From Anaeromyxobacteraceae bacterium (GTDB lineage Bacteria; Myxococcota; Myxococcia; Myxococcales; Anaeromyxobacteraceae): DNA of 64,000 nt. The stretch lies in NCBI GenBank assembly GCA_047602405.1, contig JASGHJ010000002.1:3456001-3520000 (forward strand), given 5' to 3'. Under the pieces are notes generated by a model. The model saw nothing but the letters and a program-made list of their open reading frames with translations, did not search any database and was not told the DNA's origin. The position numbers and the translations under genes are program-made. Shown here piece by piece: positions 1-9,693 of this stretch; position 1 is the stretch's first letter; each line of letters begins with the position of its first letter.

Positions 1-413
1 TCGAGCGCGGCGAGCTCCACCTGCGCGAGCCGCTTCATGCCCCCGGCCCGGGCCTCCTCCACGAAAGCCTCCAGGCGCCGCGGCCCGTCGAACAGCACCG
101 CCACGCGCGCGCCGCGGTTCTGGTTCACGTCGCGCTCGATGCGCGCCGGCTCGGGGCGGCCCACGCGCGCGAGCAGCGCGACCCGCCCGTCGAGCGTGGG
201 CGCGACGAGATCCGGCGCGTCCGGGTCGGACAGGCCCGCCCCGAAGGTGAGCCCCTCGCGCCACAGCCAGCCCGCGGCGACGACGCGGAGCCAGAGCCGC
301 TCGATCGTCTCGGACGGATGACGCGCCGCGGAGAGCGAGACCTCGTGCTCCTGACCCTCGTCGGCGTGGACGATGCGCAGCTCGAACCGGTGCAGCGTGG
401 ACGGGAGGGCCAT
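1..413 (-). CDS. yaeQ: YaeQ family protein (3' end runs off the window)
   Basis: Hand translation from ATG at 413: MALPSTLHRFELRIVHADEG...ARHPSETIERLWLRV...GLSDPDAPDL. HPSET and GLS.PD.PDL motifs are typical of YaeQ. Not in the ORF track. Confidence 0.85.
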   Translation of the reverse strand, partial: MALPSTLHRFELRIVHADEGQEHEVSLSAARHPSETIERLWLRVVAAGWLWREGLTFGAGLSDPDAPDLVAPTLDGRVALLARVGRPEPARIERDVNQNRGARVAVLFDGPRRLEAFVEEARAGGMKRLAQVELAAL

Positions 414-526
414 GAGGGGGTGTAGGTGGGTGTCCCTGGTGCGGGGGATGCGGTGTGGTGGGAGGAGGTCGCTGACTATCGCGGGGCGCGCCCGGCGTCT
501 ACACTCGCGACCGGAGGCCCTTCCTC

Positions 527-1255
527 TTGGTGCTCACCGCCACCCTGCTCGCGCTGACGACCCTCGCCGAGCCAAAGCTCCCGCCGAAGCCGACGACGGC
601 CGCGACGGCTGCTCCGTCGACGACCTCGACCTCGAAGCCCGCCGCGTCCGGCGAGGCCCAGCCCGCGACCGCGGCCCCGGCGAAGCCGGCGCCCGCGACG
701 CCCGCCGCAGCGCCTCCGCCCGCCGTCGCCGTGCCGGTCGCCGACCCCGGCTATCCGGAGTGGGGCACGGCGATCGACGCCGGCATCCCGGGCGGCGTGA
801 ACCTCGACGTCATCTACCGCCCCATCCCGTTCATCCGGCTCTGGGCCGGCCCGGCCTGGAATTACGCCGCGTTCGGCTTCCAGGGCGGCGCGGGCGTCGC
901 GCTCGCCAACTGGGGCATCACGCCGGTGCTCTCGGTCGAGGCGGGGCGCTACTTCTCGACCGACGTCGCGCAGTTCGTGAAGGGCGGCGGCAGCGTCCCG
1001 GACGAGATGAAGCCGCTCCTCCAGAAGATCTCGCTCAACTACGCGGCGGCCCTGCTCGGGTTCGAGTTCGGGAGCCCGCGGGGCTTCTCCTTCGCGCTGC
1101 GCCTCGGGCTCGCGCGCATGTCGCTCGCGACGCACGGCTCGGGCACGTTCACGCAGGACAACGGCCAGGGCGGCACGACCTCGGTGAAGTTCACCGATCC
1201 TCGGTTCACGGCGACGGCGCCCGCGCTGAAGCTCGGCTTCCAGTACTGGTTCTAG
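527..1255 (+). CDS. Secreted outer-membrane beta-barrel protein with Pro/Ala-rich N-terminal linker
   Basis: Signal peptide, amphipathic beta strands, C-terminal LGFQYWF resembling a Bam beta-signal. Confidence 0.65.
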   Translation: MVLTATLLALTTLAEPKLPPKPTTAATAAPSTTSTSKPAASGEAQPATAAPAKPAPATPAAAPPPAVAVPVADPGYPEWGTAIDAGIPGGVNLDVIYRPIPFIRLWAGPAWNYAAFGFQGGAGVALANWGITPVLSVEAGRYFSTDVAQFVKGGGSVPDEMKPLLQKISLNYAAALLGFEFGSPRGFSFALRLGLARMSLATHGSGTFTQDNGQGGTTSVKFTDPRFTATAPALKLGFQYWF

Positions 1256-1265
1256 GGACGACCCC

Positions 1266-1841
1266 ATGCGCCGCTCGAAGCCCACGCTCCTCGCCGCCGC
1301 GCTGGCCCTCCTCGTGGCCTGCGGCGGCCCGCTGCTCTACGTCGAGGTGACCATCCCCGAGCTCGAGGTCACCCTGCCCGGCCAGACGGTGCCCGCCTTC
1401 ACCGGCCTCCCCACGCCCAACATCTCCTGCGGCACGAACTGCCTCTTCACCGAGCTCGAGTACGACCTCGGCGACTCGGTGCCGCTCCTCGGCGAGAAGA
1501 ACGTCGACGTCGACCTGCGCATGACGCAGATGAACATGAAGATCGACGCGGGCGTGAACGACCTCGGCGGCGTGAAGTCGGTGACGCTGAAGCTCGTCGA
1601 CCCCGCCGACCCGACGCGGATGATCACCGCCGCCTCGTACTACCGGTCGGCGCCCCACGTGCAGAGCTTCACGGTGAGCGGCAACGCGAACCTCGACCTC
1701 GGCTCCTACCTGCAGGGCACGAAGTTCAAGGGGCGCGCGGAGCTCATCTACGACGCCCCGATGCCGGAGTTCACCGCCACCATCGGCGCGATGTTCTCGC
1801 TCGTGCTGAAGGTGGACTACGGGACCTACGTGGGACTGTAG
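1266..1841 (+). CDS. Hypothetical lipoprotein
   Basis: Lipobox LVAC-GG. Starts 10 bp after the barrel gene. Confidence 0.7.
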   Translation: MRRSKPTLLAAALALLVACGGPLLYVEVTIPELEVTLPGQTVPAFTGLPTPNISCGTNCLFTELEYDLGDSVPLLGEKNVDVDLRMTQMNMKIDAGVNDLGGVKSVTLKLVDPADPTRMITAASYYRSAPHVQSFTVSGNANLDLGSYLQGTKFKGRAELIYDAPMPEFTATIGAMFSLVLKVDYGTYVGL

Positions 1842-1844
1842 CGG

Positions 1845-3669
1845 TCAGGCCTGCTTCACGAGGCCCAGCACCGCCTCGCCGTGCTCGGCCAGCTTCTTCG
1901 GGCCGATCCCGCTGATCTCCCCGAGCGCGTCGAGGTCTCGCGGGCGCGCCTCGGCAATCGCGGCGAGCGTCGCGTCCGGGAAGACGACGTAGGCCGGGAC
2001 ACCCTTCGCGCGCGCGGTCGCGCTCCGCCAGGCGCGGAGGGCCTCGAACAGAATCGGCAGCCTCGGCGTCCGTCCGTTCGTCCCGAGCGTAGGGTCCGCG
2101 AAGCGGACCCGGAGACGAGGGACGCCCCGCGTTCTTCCGCGACCGTCCCTTCCCCGGCACCGGCGGCGCCGACGCCATGATCTCGGCGCCGGTGCACCGA
2201 TCGCAGGCGTCGCCGCAGGCCTCGGCGTCCTCGCCGAAGTGCCCCACCAGCGCGGCGTGCCGGCAGCCCTCGCCCTCGGCGAGCCGGAACATCGCCCGCA
2301 CCTGCGCGCGCTGCCAGCCCGCGACCTCCGCGTCCTCCCCGTCGAGGAGCCGCTCCCAGCTCATCACGTCGGCCCAGGAGTACAGCATCACGACGTCGGA
2401 CGGCTTCCCGTCGCGACCGGCGCGGCCAATCTCCTGGTAGTAGGCCTCGATCGTGCGCGGGAGGTCGCGGTGCACGACGTAGCGGATGTCCGGCTTGTCG
2501 ATGCCCATCCCGAACGCGACGGTCGCGACGACGACGTCGAGCGCCCCCGCCTGGAAGGCGTCCTGCACCCGCGCGCGCTGCTCGGGCTCGAGCCCGGCGT
2601 GGTAGGCCTCCGCGCGGATGCGGTGGCCGCGCAGCATCGTCGCGATCTCCTCGGTGGACTTGCGCGACAGGGCGTAGACGATGCCGCTCTCCCCGCGCCG
2701 CGCGCGGACGATGCGCAGGATCGCCTCGCGCGCGGTGACGCCCTCGCCCTTCTTCATGGCGTGGATGCGCAGGTTCTTGCGGAGGAAGGAGCCCTTCACG
2801 ACGAGCGGGTCCTTCATCGCGAGCTGCCGGGCGATGTCGCGCACGACCTCGGGCGTCGCGGTCGCGGTGAGCGCGAGCACCGGCGCGCCGAAGCGCTCGC
2901 GCAGCCCGGCGAGGTTGCGGTAGGCGGGGCGGAAGTCGTGGCCCCAGGCGCTGATGCAGTGGGCCTCGTCGACGGCGAGGAGCGAGAGCTTCACGCCCTC
3001 GAGCGCGCTCCCCACCGAGGCCTCGAGCCCCTCCGGCGCCGCGTAGAGGAGCTCGAGCTCGCCGCGGCGGAGCGCGCGCACGCGGTCGCGGCGCTCCTCC
3101 GGCGCGAGGCTCGAGTTGAGGAAGGCCGCGCGCAGGCCCACCCGCGACATCGCGTCGACCTGGTCCTTCATGAGCGCGATGAGCGGCGAGATGACGAGCG
3201 TCGTGCCGCCGAGGAGGCGCGCCGGGATCTGGTAGGTGAGCGACTTGCCGGCGCCGGTCGGCATCACGCCGACGCAGTCGCGCCCCTTCAGCACCGCCTC
3301 GACGATCGGCGCCTGCCCCGGCCGCCAGGCGGCGTGGCCGAAGGTCGCCCGCAGAACCTCGCGGGCGCGCTCCGCGGCCTCGGCGGCCGGGATGGCGGGC
3401 GGCGCCGCGAGCGGCAGCGAGGACTGCTCGCGACGGGCCGGCGCGGCCTCGAGCTCGCGCGCCAGCGCGCGGAGGCGGTCGATCGAGGCCGGCGTGAAGA
3501 GCGCGGGCCTCGCCCGCCAGCGCGCGCGGAGCGCCGTCAGGCGCTCGAGACACGAGCGGCGCGCCTCGGGGCTCCGATCGCCGCCCCGCCACTCCTGGCC
3601 GAGCTGCGCGATCTGCTCCTCGAGGGCGCGCCGATCTCGCGCCTCGGTCTCTTCGGTGCCGTTCGTCAC
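1845..3669 (-). CDS. recQ: RecQ family ATP-dependent DNA helicase (apparent +1 frameshift at about 2052 before the HRDC domain)
   Basis: MPTGAGKS, VDEAHCISAWGHDFRPAY, ATVAFGMGIDKPDIR, YYQEIGRAGRDG, Zn-binding Cys. HRDC (LFEALRAWRSATARAKGVPAYVVFPDATL...GIGPKKLAEHG) follows in the next frame and ends at TGA 1845-1847. Confidence 0.9.
2074..2124. repeat. REP-like nested hairpin within the recQ linker
   Basis: CGTCCC...GGGTCCGC-GAA-GCGGACCC...GGGACG: perfect 8-bp inner stem plus an outer stem. Confidence 0.55.
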
Positions 3670-3736
3670 GCCGGCCCCAGCCTACGACGAACCTGGGACA
3701 GGGCGTGACGGACGGCGGGTCACCGAGAGGTCGGTC

Positions 3737-4561
3737 CTACTTCCCGAGCTTCGCGTCCTCGACGATGACCGGGTACGGGTGGCCCGTGCCGAAGTCCTTG
3801 TCGACCTGGACCTTGCCCTTCACGACGACGACGTCGCCCACGTTGACCTTCTCGTTCGTGGTGACGGTGAGGTCGTTCGTGTTGGCGGCGCCGGTGCCGT
3901 CGCGGAGGTGGAGCCAGTTGCGGCCCATGATGCCCTCGTTGAACTTCACGACCTTGCCGCGGACCGAGACGGCCTTGTCCTTGAGCGCGGTGCGCTGCGC
4001 GTGGACCTCGGCGATCGTGCGGGCGTCCGCGCCGGTGGCCTTGTCGACCTTCACGTCGCCGACGTCGGGCACGTTCGCCGCGGCCGCGTGCTGCGCGGCC
4101 ATGTCGGGCATGCCGCCCGTGGGCGCGCCGCCCATACCGGGGGGCGGCATCCCGCCGCCCATGCCGCCGGGCATCCCGCCGGTCGGCGGCGGGCCGCCCT
4201 GCGCGTGCGGGACGGCGGGCGAGCCGCCGAGCGAGCCGAAGTACACGAGCTCGAACTTCCGGTTGAGGGTCTTCGACTCGAAGTCCTTCATCGGGATCGC
4301 GCCGGCGACCGTCACCTCGGCGCCGACCGCGGCGTCGGTCTTCGGGACGGCGGTCCAGGTCTCGCCCTGGGTGGCGGCGATCTTGAGGTAGCTGTAGGGC
4401 GGCGCGTCGAGCTTCTCGAGCACCTTGCCCTTCACCTCGGTCATCCCGGCGGGCGGGGCCGGCATCGCCGCGGTGGGGGCGGCGGCCGTCGTGACGGGCT
4501 CCTGCTTCTTGCACGCGGCGAGCGCCAGCGCGGCGAGGACGACGGTGGACAGGCGACGCAT
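3737..4561 (-). CDS. Lipoprotein with two OB-fold-like domains (NrfJ-like) and a Gly/Met/Pro linker
   Basis: Lipobox LAAC; GKVLE..DAPPYSYL and VRGKVVKFNEGIMGRNWLHLRDG segments. Confidence 0.7.
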   Translation of the reverse strand: MRRLSTVVLAALALAACKKQEPVTTAAAPTAAMPAPPAGMTEVKGKVLEKLDAPPYSYLKIAATQGETWTAVPKTDAAVGAEVTVAGAIPMKDFESKTLNRKFELVYFGSLGGSPAVPHAQGGPPPTGGMPGGMGGGMPPPGMGGAPTGGMPDMAAQHAAAANVPDVGDVKVDKATGADARTIAEVHAQRTALKDKAVSVRGKVVKFNEGIMGRNWLHLRDGTGAANTNDLTVTTNEKVNVGDVVVVKGKVQVDKDFGTGHPYPVIVEDAKLGK

Positions 4562-4733
4562 CTTGAACTCCTGGGAGTGGGTCAGGCGGTTACGGGGACC
4601 GCTTTATAACTCAGGTGGCCGGGGTTTCGATCCCGCCGGGGGGGCCTTTTCGGTAAGGGGCGCACGCAACCCTTGCGTCCGTCCTCGTAAACGCCCGGAG
4701 ACCTCGGCCGCCCCGCGGGGATCCGTGCGGCGT

Positions 4734-5495
4734 TCAGCCGCGGAGCCGCCAGCCGGAGCGGAGGATGGCGTAGGCCGCGCCCGTCGCGACGACCGCGAGG
4801 AGGCCGAGCGCCGCGAGCCCGGCCCAGGGGGAAGTGTCGGAGACGCCGAGCATCCCGTAGCGGAGCCCGTCGACCATGTAGAAGACCGGGTTCCAGAGCG
4901 TGAACGCGCGCAGGCCCGGCGGCAGCATGTCGACCGAGTAGAAGACGCCGCCGAGGAAGGTGAGCGGCGTGATGATGAACGTCGGCACCACGTTCACCTG
5001 CTCGAAGCTCTTCGCCCAGATGGCGGTGATGAGCCCCACCGAGGCGAAGCCGATGGCGGCGAGCACGAGCAGGCCGAGCGCGAGCAGCGGGTGGGCGAGC
5101 TCGAAGCCCTCGAAGACGCCCGCGACGAGCCAGGTCACGCCGCCCACGATGAAGCCGCGGACGACCGCCGCGACCACCATGCCGACGAGGATCTCCGCGT
5201 AGGCGAGCGGCGAGACCAGCAGGTCCACGATGGTGCCCTGCAGCTTCATCACGAACATCGAGGAGGCGGTGTTGAGGTAGGCGTTCGTGACGACGCCGAG
5301 CGCGACGAGGCCGGGCACGATGAACTGCGCGTAGGGCACGCCGTGGATCTCGCGCAGGCGCCCGCCGAGCGACCAGCCGAACACCACGAAGTAGAGCGCG
5401 GTCGTGACCACCGGGGAGAGCACGGTCTGGCCGGGGACCCGGAGGAACCGGCGGGTCTCCTTCGCGACGAGCGTGCGCAGGCCGACGCCAATCAC
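4734..5495 (-). CDS. ABC-2 type transporter permease (YadH-like)
   Basis: KETRRFLRVPGQT...PLTFLGGVFYS...NPVFYMVDGLRYG. GTG start overlaps the ATPase stop. Confidence 0.9.
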   Translation of the reverse strand: MIGVGLRTLVAKETRRFLRVPGQTVLSPVVTTALYFVVFGWSLGGRLREIHGVPYAQFIVPGLVALGVVTNAYLNTASSMFVMKLQGTIVDLLVSPLAYAEILVGMVVAAVVRGFIVGGVTWLVAGVFEGFELAHPLLALGLLVLAAIGFASVGLITAIWAKSFEQVNVVPTFIITPLTFLGGVFYSVDMLPPGLRAFTLWNPVFYMVDGLRYGMLGVSDTSPWAGLAALGLLAVVATGAAYAILRSGWRLRG

Positions 5496-6421
5496 GCTGC
5501 GTCCCTCCCGCCCGACACGAGCCGGACGAACACGTCCTCGAGCGTGGTGCGGCGGGTCTCGGCGTCCTTCACCTCGAGCCCCGCGGCCTGGACGGCGCGC
5601 AGCGCCGGGCCGAGCTGCGCCGAGCCCCCGGCCTCGATCGAGAGCACGGCGCCGCCGGCCTCGAGCCGCCCGCCGAGCTCGGCGAGCGCCGGCGGCAGCG
5701 TGGCGGCCGGGCGCTCGAGCACGAGCCGGAACGTCCGGCCGCCGTAGCGGCGGAGCAGCGCCTCCTTCTCCTCGACCACCACGAGCTTCCCGTGGTCGAT
5801 GACCCCGACACGGTCGGCGAGCTCCTCGGCCTCCTCGAGGTAGTGCGTCGTGAGGACGACGGTGGTGCCGCGGGCGCGCAGCGTGCGGACGTAGGCCCAG
5901 AGCGAGCGGCGGAGCTCCACGTCGACGCCCGCGGTCGGCTCGTCGAGGAAGAGCACCTTCGGCTCGTGGACGAGGGCCTTGCCGATGAGGAGGCGGCGCT
6001 TCATGCCGCCGGAGAGCGCGCGGGTGTTCTCGCCCCGCTTGGACGCGAGGTCGAGCGCGGTCAGGATCTCCTCGAGGCGTGCGTCGGCGAGGCGCAGGCC
6101 GAAGTACCCGGCCTGGAAGCGCAGCGTCTCCTCGACCGTGAGGAAGGGGTCGAAGTTGAGCTCCTGCGGCACGAGGCCGATCGCACGGCGCGTGAAGCGG
6201 TAGTCCCGGACGACGTCCTTCCCGAGCACCGTGACGGTGCCGGAGGTGGCCCTGAGGAGGCCCGCCACGATGGAGATGAGCGTGGTCTTCCCCGCGCCGT
6301 TCGGGCCGAGCAGCGCGAAGATCTCGCCGTCCCTCACGTCGAGGTCGACGCCGTCGACGGCCGTGAAGGCCTTGAACCGCTTCGAGACCTTTTCGATGGA
6401 GACGACCGGGGGGGCGGTCAC
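5492..6421 (-). CDS. ABC transporter ATP-binding protein (YadG-like)
   Basis: GPNGAGKTT, LSGGMKRR, LDEPTAGVD, TTHYLEEAE. Confidence 0.93.
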   Translation of the reverse strand: MTAPPVVSIEKVSKRFKAFTAVDGVDLDVRDGEIFALLGPNGAGKTTLISIVAGLLRATSGTVTVLGKDVVRDYRFTRRAIGLVPQELNFDPFLTVEETLRFQAGYFGLRLADARLEEILTALDLASKRGENTRALSGGMKRRLLIGKALVHEPKVLFLDEPTAGVDVELRRSLWAYVRTLRARGTTVVLTTHYLEEAEELADRVGVIDHGKLVVVEEKEALLRRYGGRTFRLVLERPAATLPPALAELGGRLEAGGAVLSIEAGGSAQLGPALRAVQAAGLEVKDAETRRTTLEDVFVRLVSGGRDAA

Positions 6422-6481
6422 GCGGCCGGTTTATACCGCGGGCCGGGCGGGCGCGCAGGGGCCGGGAGCCCTCCGGCGCCC

Positions 6482-7309
6482 TCAGCGGGCCCGCGGCCGC
6501 GGCGAGCGGCACACCGCGAGGAGCCCGAAGGCGCGGGAAGCCGGCTCCTGACCGGGGTCGAGCGGGGAGAACCGCACGTCCTCGTTCGCGAACCGCTCCG
6601 CCTGCCGCGCGGCCGGATCGCGCAGGAAAGGGAGCCGCTTCCCGAGTGATCTACGCCACTTCCACGCGGCGCGGGCCAGCCCCTTCTTCCGGGAGTCGGC
6701 GACGCCCCCGACGAGCGCCGCGCGCTTGCGCTCGTCCGCGAGGTCCTGCCCCAGGAGCTCGCAGCGTTCGAAGTAGAGCGAGGTCAGCCACGCGAGCTGC
6801 GCCGGGGTGAACTCCTGCACGTGATGGACGTTCCAGCGGACGTTCAGCTCGAGGGTCATGACGCGGTTCGGGCACCCGATGACCGCCACGCCGCCCGGGC
6901 GGAGCAACCGCGAGACGTTCTCGACGAACGTGTAGTAGCGCTCGGTGTGCTCGACCACGTCGAACGAGAAGACGAAGTCGAAGCGCTCGGCGAGCGTCAC
7001 GGGGAGGCGCGGGTCCTCGAGGTCCGCAACCGCGAACGTCGTGTTGGGCTTCGCGTACCGGCGCCGCGCGTGGTCGATCGAGACGGGGGAGCGGTCGAGC
7101 CCGAGCACCTCGCCGGCGCGCTCGGCGAGGAGCGCGACCCCGTAGCCCGAGCCGCAGCCGAAGTCGAGGACCCGGGCGCCCGCGAGCGGAAAGGCGTCGC
7201 GGGCCCACAGGTAGCGCGACTCGTGGCCCACGGAGCAGAAGGTGGCGCCGTGCGGGGCGTCCTCATCCGGGACGTACCGGACGTCACCGTCGGCCTGGCC
7301 GATCCTCAT
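6482..7309 (-). CDS. Class I SAM-dependent methyltransferase
   Basis: VLDFGCGSGYG, FDFVFSFDVVEH, LLRPGG. Confidence 0.88.
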   Translation of the reverse strand: MRIGQADGDVRYVPDEDAPHGATFCSVGHESRYLWARDAFPLAGARVLDFGCGSGYGVALLAERAGEVLGLDRSPVSIDHARRRYAKPNTTFAVADLEDPRLPVTLAERFDFVFSFDVVEHTERYYTFVENVSRLLRPGGVAVIGCPNRVMTLELNVRWNVHHVQEFTPAQLAWLTSLYFERCELLGQDLADERKRAALVGGVADSRKKGLARAAWKWRRSLGKRLPFLRDPAARQAERFANEDVRFSPLDPGQEPASRAFGLLAVCRSPRPRAR

Positions 7310-7375
7310 GGCGTGCAGCGGAGCACACCGGCCGGCAGGACCACAAGTGAAGCCATCGGCGCCAATTGGGCCTCG

Positions 7376-7389
7376 CGTCCCGGAGTACC
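7376..7389 (+). repeat. Isolated copy of the WCCSRGAGT repeat
   Basis: Intergenic CGTCCCGGAGTACC; its 13-nt GTCCCGGAGTACC is identical to the unit at 30122-30134. Confidence 0.4.
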
Positions 7390-7443
7390 TCACGGGTGCG
7401 GGCCGCGCCCGTAACGAACCCCGGGGTCCCGCGACTCACCTCC

Positions 7444-8037
7444 ATGATCCACGCCCTTTCCGTCACCTTCCGCGAGGCGGCCCCCGCCGAGCTCGACGTG
7501 CTCGTGCGCATCGACGACGACGCCGCGACGCTCTACGAGGAGGCCGGGCTCGACTTCTCGGGCCCCGCGATCCGGGCCTTCGTCGACGCGGAGCAGGCGC
7601 GCTGGCGCAGGGCGGCCGAGGCTCACCGGGTCGAGCTCGCGGTCGACGCGCAGGGCGAGGCGGTCGGCTTCGTCGCGCTGGGGTTCGTCGACGGGCAGCC
7701 CTACGTCGACCAGCTCTCCGTCGTGCGTCGCGCGATGCGGCGCGGCGTCGGGCGGGCGCTGCTCGCGCGGGCGCTCGCCTGGAGCGAACGCGCGGGTGCG
7801 CTCTGGCTGACGACGTACGCGCACCTCCCCTGGAACGCGCCGATGTACGAGCGCGCGGGCTTCACGCGCGTGGAGGAGTCGGGGTGCGGCCCCGAGCTCC
7901 GCGCGATCCTCCGCGAGGAGCGTGCCGCCTTGCCGAGCCCGGAGCAGCGCCTCGCGATGGTACGCAGGCCGCGCGTCAGCGGCGGACGGGCCTCCCCGTC
8001 GCCGCCTGGGGCTCCTCCTCGGCCATCGCGGACGTGA
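7444..8037 (+). CDS. GNAT family N-acetyltransferase
   Basis: YVDQLSV..RAMRRGVGRALL (motif A); WLTTYAHLPWNAPMYERAGF. Confidence 0.88.
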   Translation: MIHALSVTFREAAPAELDVLVRIDDDAATLYEEAGLDFSGPAIRAFVDAEQARWRRAAEAHRVELAVDAQGEAVGFVALGFVDGQPYVDQLSVVRRAMRRGVGRALLARALAWSERAGALWLTTYAHLPWNAPMYERAGFTRVEESGCGPELRAILREERAALPSPEQRLAMVRRPRVSGGRASPSPPGAPPRPSRT

Positions 8038-8251
8038 ACGCGGCCTCTGCCGCGAGCGCCGCCTCCCGCGCGACCTTCGCGCCGCGGGAGACGGCGTCGC
8101 CCACCTCGCCGGCCTTGCCGGCGAGGCGCCTGCGGGCCTCGGCCCCGGATCGCGGCGCGAGGAGGAGCGCCAGCGCGGCGCCGACCGCCGCGCCGCCCAG
8201 GAACGCGAGGAGCACGGTGACACCGCCGTACCCGCCTTCCCCTTCCTTCAC
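7976..8251 (-). CDS. YtxH domain-containing protein
   Basis: FLGGAAVGAALALLLAPRSGAEARRRL signature. GTG start overlaps the upstream stop. Confidence 0.85.
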   Translation of the reverse strand: MKEGEGGYGGVTVLLAFLGGAAVGAALALLLAPRSGAEARRRLAGKAGEVGDAVSRGAKVAREAALAAEAAFTSAMAEEEPQAATGRPVRR

Positions 8252-8601
8252 GGCGACACCTCCCCGGGCGCGGCGGGTCCGGCCGGCGCCTCCGGCTCCG
8301 CGGCCCCGTCGCCGCGCTGCTCCGCGAGCGCGCGCATCGCCGCCGAGAGCGCGGGCCCCACCGAGGCGGCGAGGGCCGTGGCGATCTTCACCGACCCCTC
8401 GACCTTGCCGGCGAGCGCGTCGACCCGGCCCGCCGCGGAGGTCGCCACCTCGAGCGCGCGATCCAGCCGCTGGCCCGTGCTCTCGAGGGTCCGCTCGAGC
8501 GTGTGGAGCGTGGATTGCAGCTGCAGCAGCACGGGCACGAACGCGCCCACGGCCACGGCCACCAGCACCAGGACGGCGGTCATCAGGCTCTCGGTCGACA
8601 C
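8248..8601 (-). CDS. DUF948/YtxG-like single-TM coiled-coil protein
   Basis: N-terminal TM helix then heptad repeats; coupled to the ytxH-like gene. Confidence 0.6.
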   Translation of the reverse strand: MSTESLMTAVLVLVAVAVGAFVPVLLQLQSTLHTLERTLESTGQRLDRALEVATSAAGRVDALAGKVEGSVKIATALAASVGPALSAAMRALAEQRGDGAAEPEAPAGPAAPGEVSP

Positions 8602-8619
8602 GGTTCCTCCCGGGCTCGG

Positions 8620-9096
8620 TCAGGCGACGCCGTGACGGTGCGCCGGAGGCAGGCCCAGCCGCTCCACCGTGGCCCGCTCGAAGTCCACCTCGATGAGCAC
8701 CGCGGGCCCGTCGCCGACGACCGCGCCGTCGTGGCCGGGCTCGATCGCCACCACCTGGGGCGCCACGAGGTCGACGCGGCAGCCGTCGGGGTAGTCGATG
8801 CGGATCGCGCCGCTGACGAGGAAGCCGACGTGGCCGTGCGTGCAGAGGTCCGTGCCGACCTTCGGCCGCATGTGCACCGACCAGCGGAAGCCCGGGGGGT
8901 AGACGATCCGCTTCACCCGGGCGTCCCAGGCCCGGCCGATCTCGATGCGGACGTCCCCCACGTCGCTGCGGGAGGCGCCGCGCACCGGCTCGAGCGGGGC
9001 AGCCCGGGCCCGGCGCGGCCTCTTGCCGGACGTCCGCCGCCGCGTCGTGGCCCGCTTCGCCTTCTTCACCTTCTTCTTCGAGGGAGCTCTGGCCAT
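8620..9096 (-). CDS. Cupin domain protein with basic N-terminal tail
   Basis: PGFRWS.H..P.VGTDLC.HGHVG...IEPGHDG.VVGD. Confidence 0.75.
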   Translation of the reverse strand: MARAPSKKKVKKAKRATTRRRTSGKRPRRARAAPLEPVRGASRSDVGDVRIEIGRAWDARVKRIVYPPGFRWSVHMRPKVGTDLCTHGHVGFLVSGAIRIDYPDGCRVDLVAPQVVAIEPGHDGAVVGDGPAVLIEVDFERATVERLGLPPAHRHGVA

Positions 9097-9110
9097 CGTT
9101 CCTCCTCCGG

Positions 9111-9650
9111 TCAGCCACCCGCGCCGGGCGGCGGGGGCAGGGCGGCCATGCGGCGCATCATCTCCTTCGGCGAGACGTCCTCCTTGTGGGTCGCGAGCTG
9201 CCAGTCGTGGCCGAAGGGGTCGACGACGCGGCCGTACCGGTCTCCCCAGAACTGGTCCTCGAGCGGCATGGTGACCTTGGCGCCGGCGTCGACCGCCCGC
9301 CGGAATGCGGCGTCCACGTCCTTGACGTAGAGGAGCAGGCTCGCCGGGGAGCCGCCGAGGGCCTGCGGGCTCTTCGAGCCCATCTCCGGGAACTCGTCGG
9401 CGATCATGACGACCCGGTCGCCGATCCTGAACTCGGCGTGCATGATCCGACCGTCCGGCCCCTGCGCACGGCCGCCGAGCTCCTTCGCCCCGAACGCCTT
9501 CGCGTAGAAGGCGAGCGCGTCGGCGCAGCCGCGCACGGTGAGCGAAGGGACGAGCACGCCGTAGCGCTTCGGGATCGCCTCGACCTGCTTCTTGCGCGGA
9601 GCCGCCTTGCGCGCGCGGACCTTCGGCTTCGCCGGCCTCTTCTTCGCCAT
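9111..9650 (-). CDS. VOC/glyoxalase (PhnB-like) protein with basic N-terminal tail
   Basis: ALAFYAKAFGA...IMHAEFRIGD...DQFWGDRYGRVVDPFGH.W. Confidence 0.9.
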   Translation of the reverse strand: MAKKRPAKPKVRARKAAPRKKQVEAIPKRYGVLVPSLTVRGCADALAFYAKAFGAKELGGRAQGPDGRIMHAEFRIGDRVVMIADEFPEMGSKSPQALGGSPASLLLYVKDVDAAFRRAVDAGAKVTMPLEDQFWGDRYGRVVDPFGHDWQLATHKEDVSPKEMMRRMAALPPPPGAGG

Positions 9651-9693
9651 GGGGTGCTCCCTCCGGAGGTGTACGGTCGGTGTTACCCCCTCC

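Noticed and set aside
7976..8037. 62-bp convergent overlap of the GNAT and ytxH-like genes as an antisense system
   Set aside because: Only low-complexity tails overlap; this is common in high-GC genomes.
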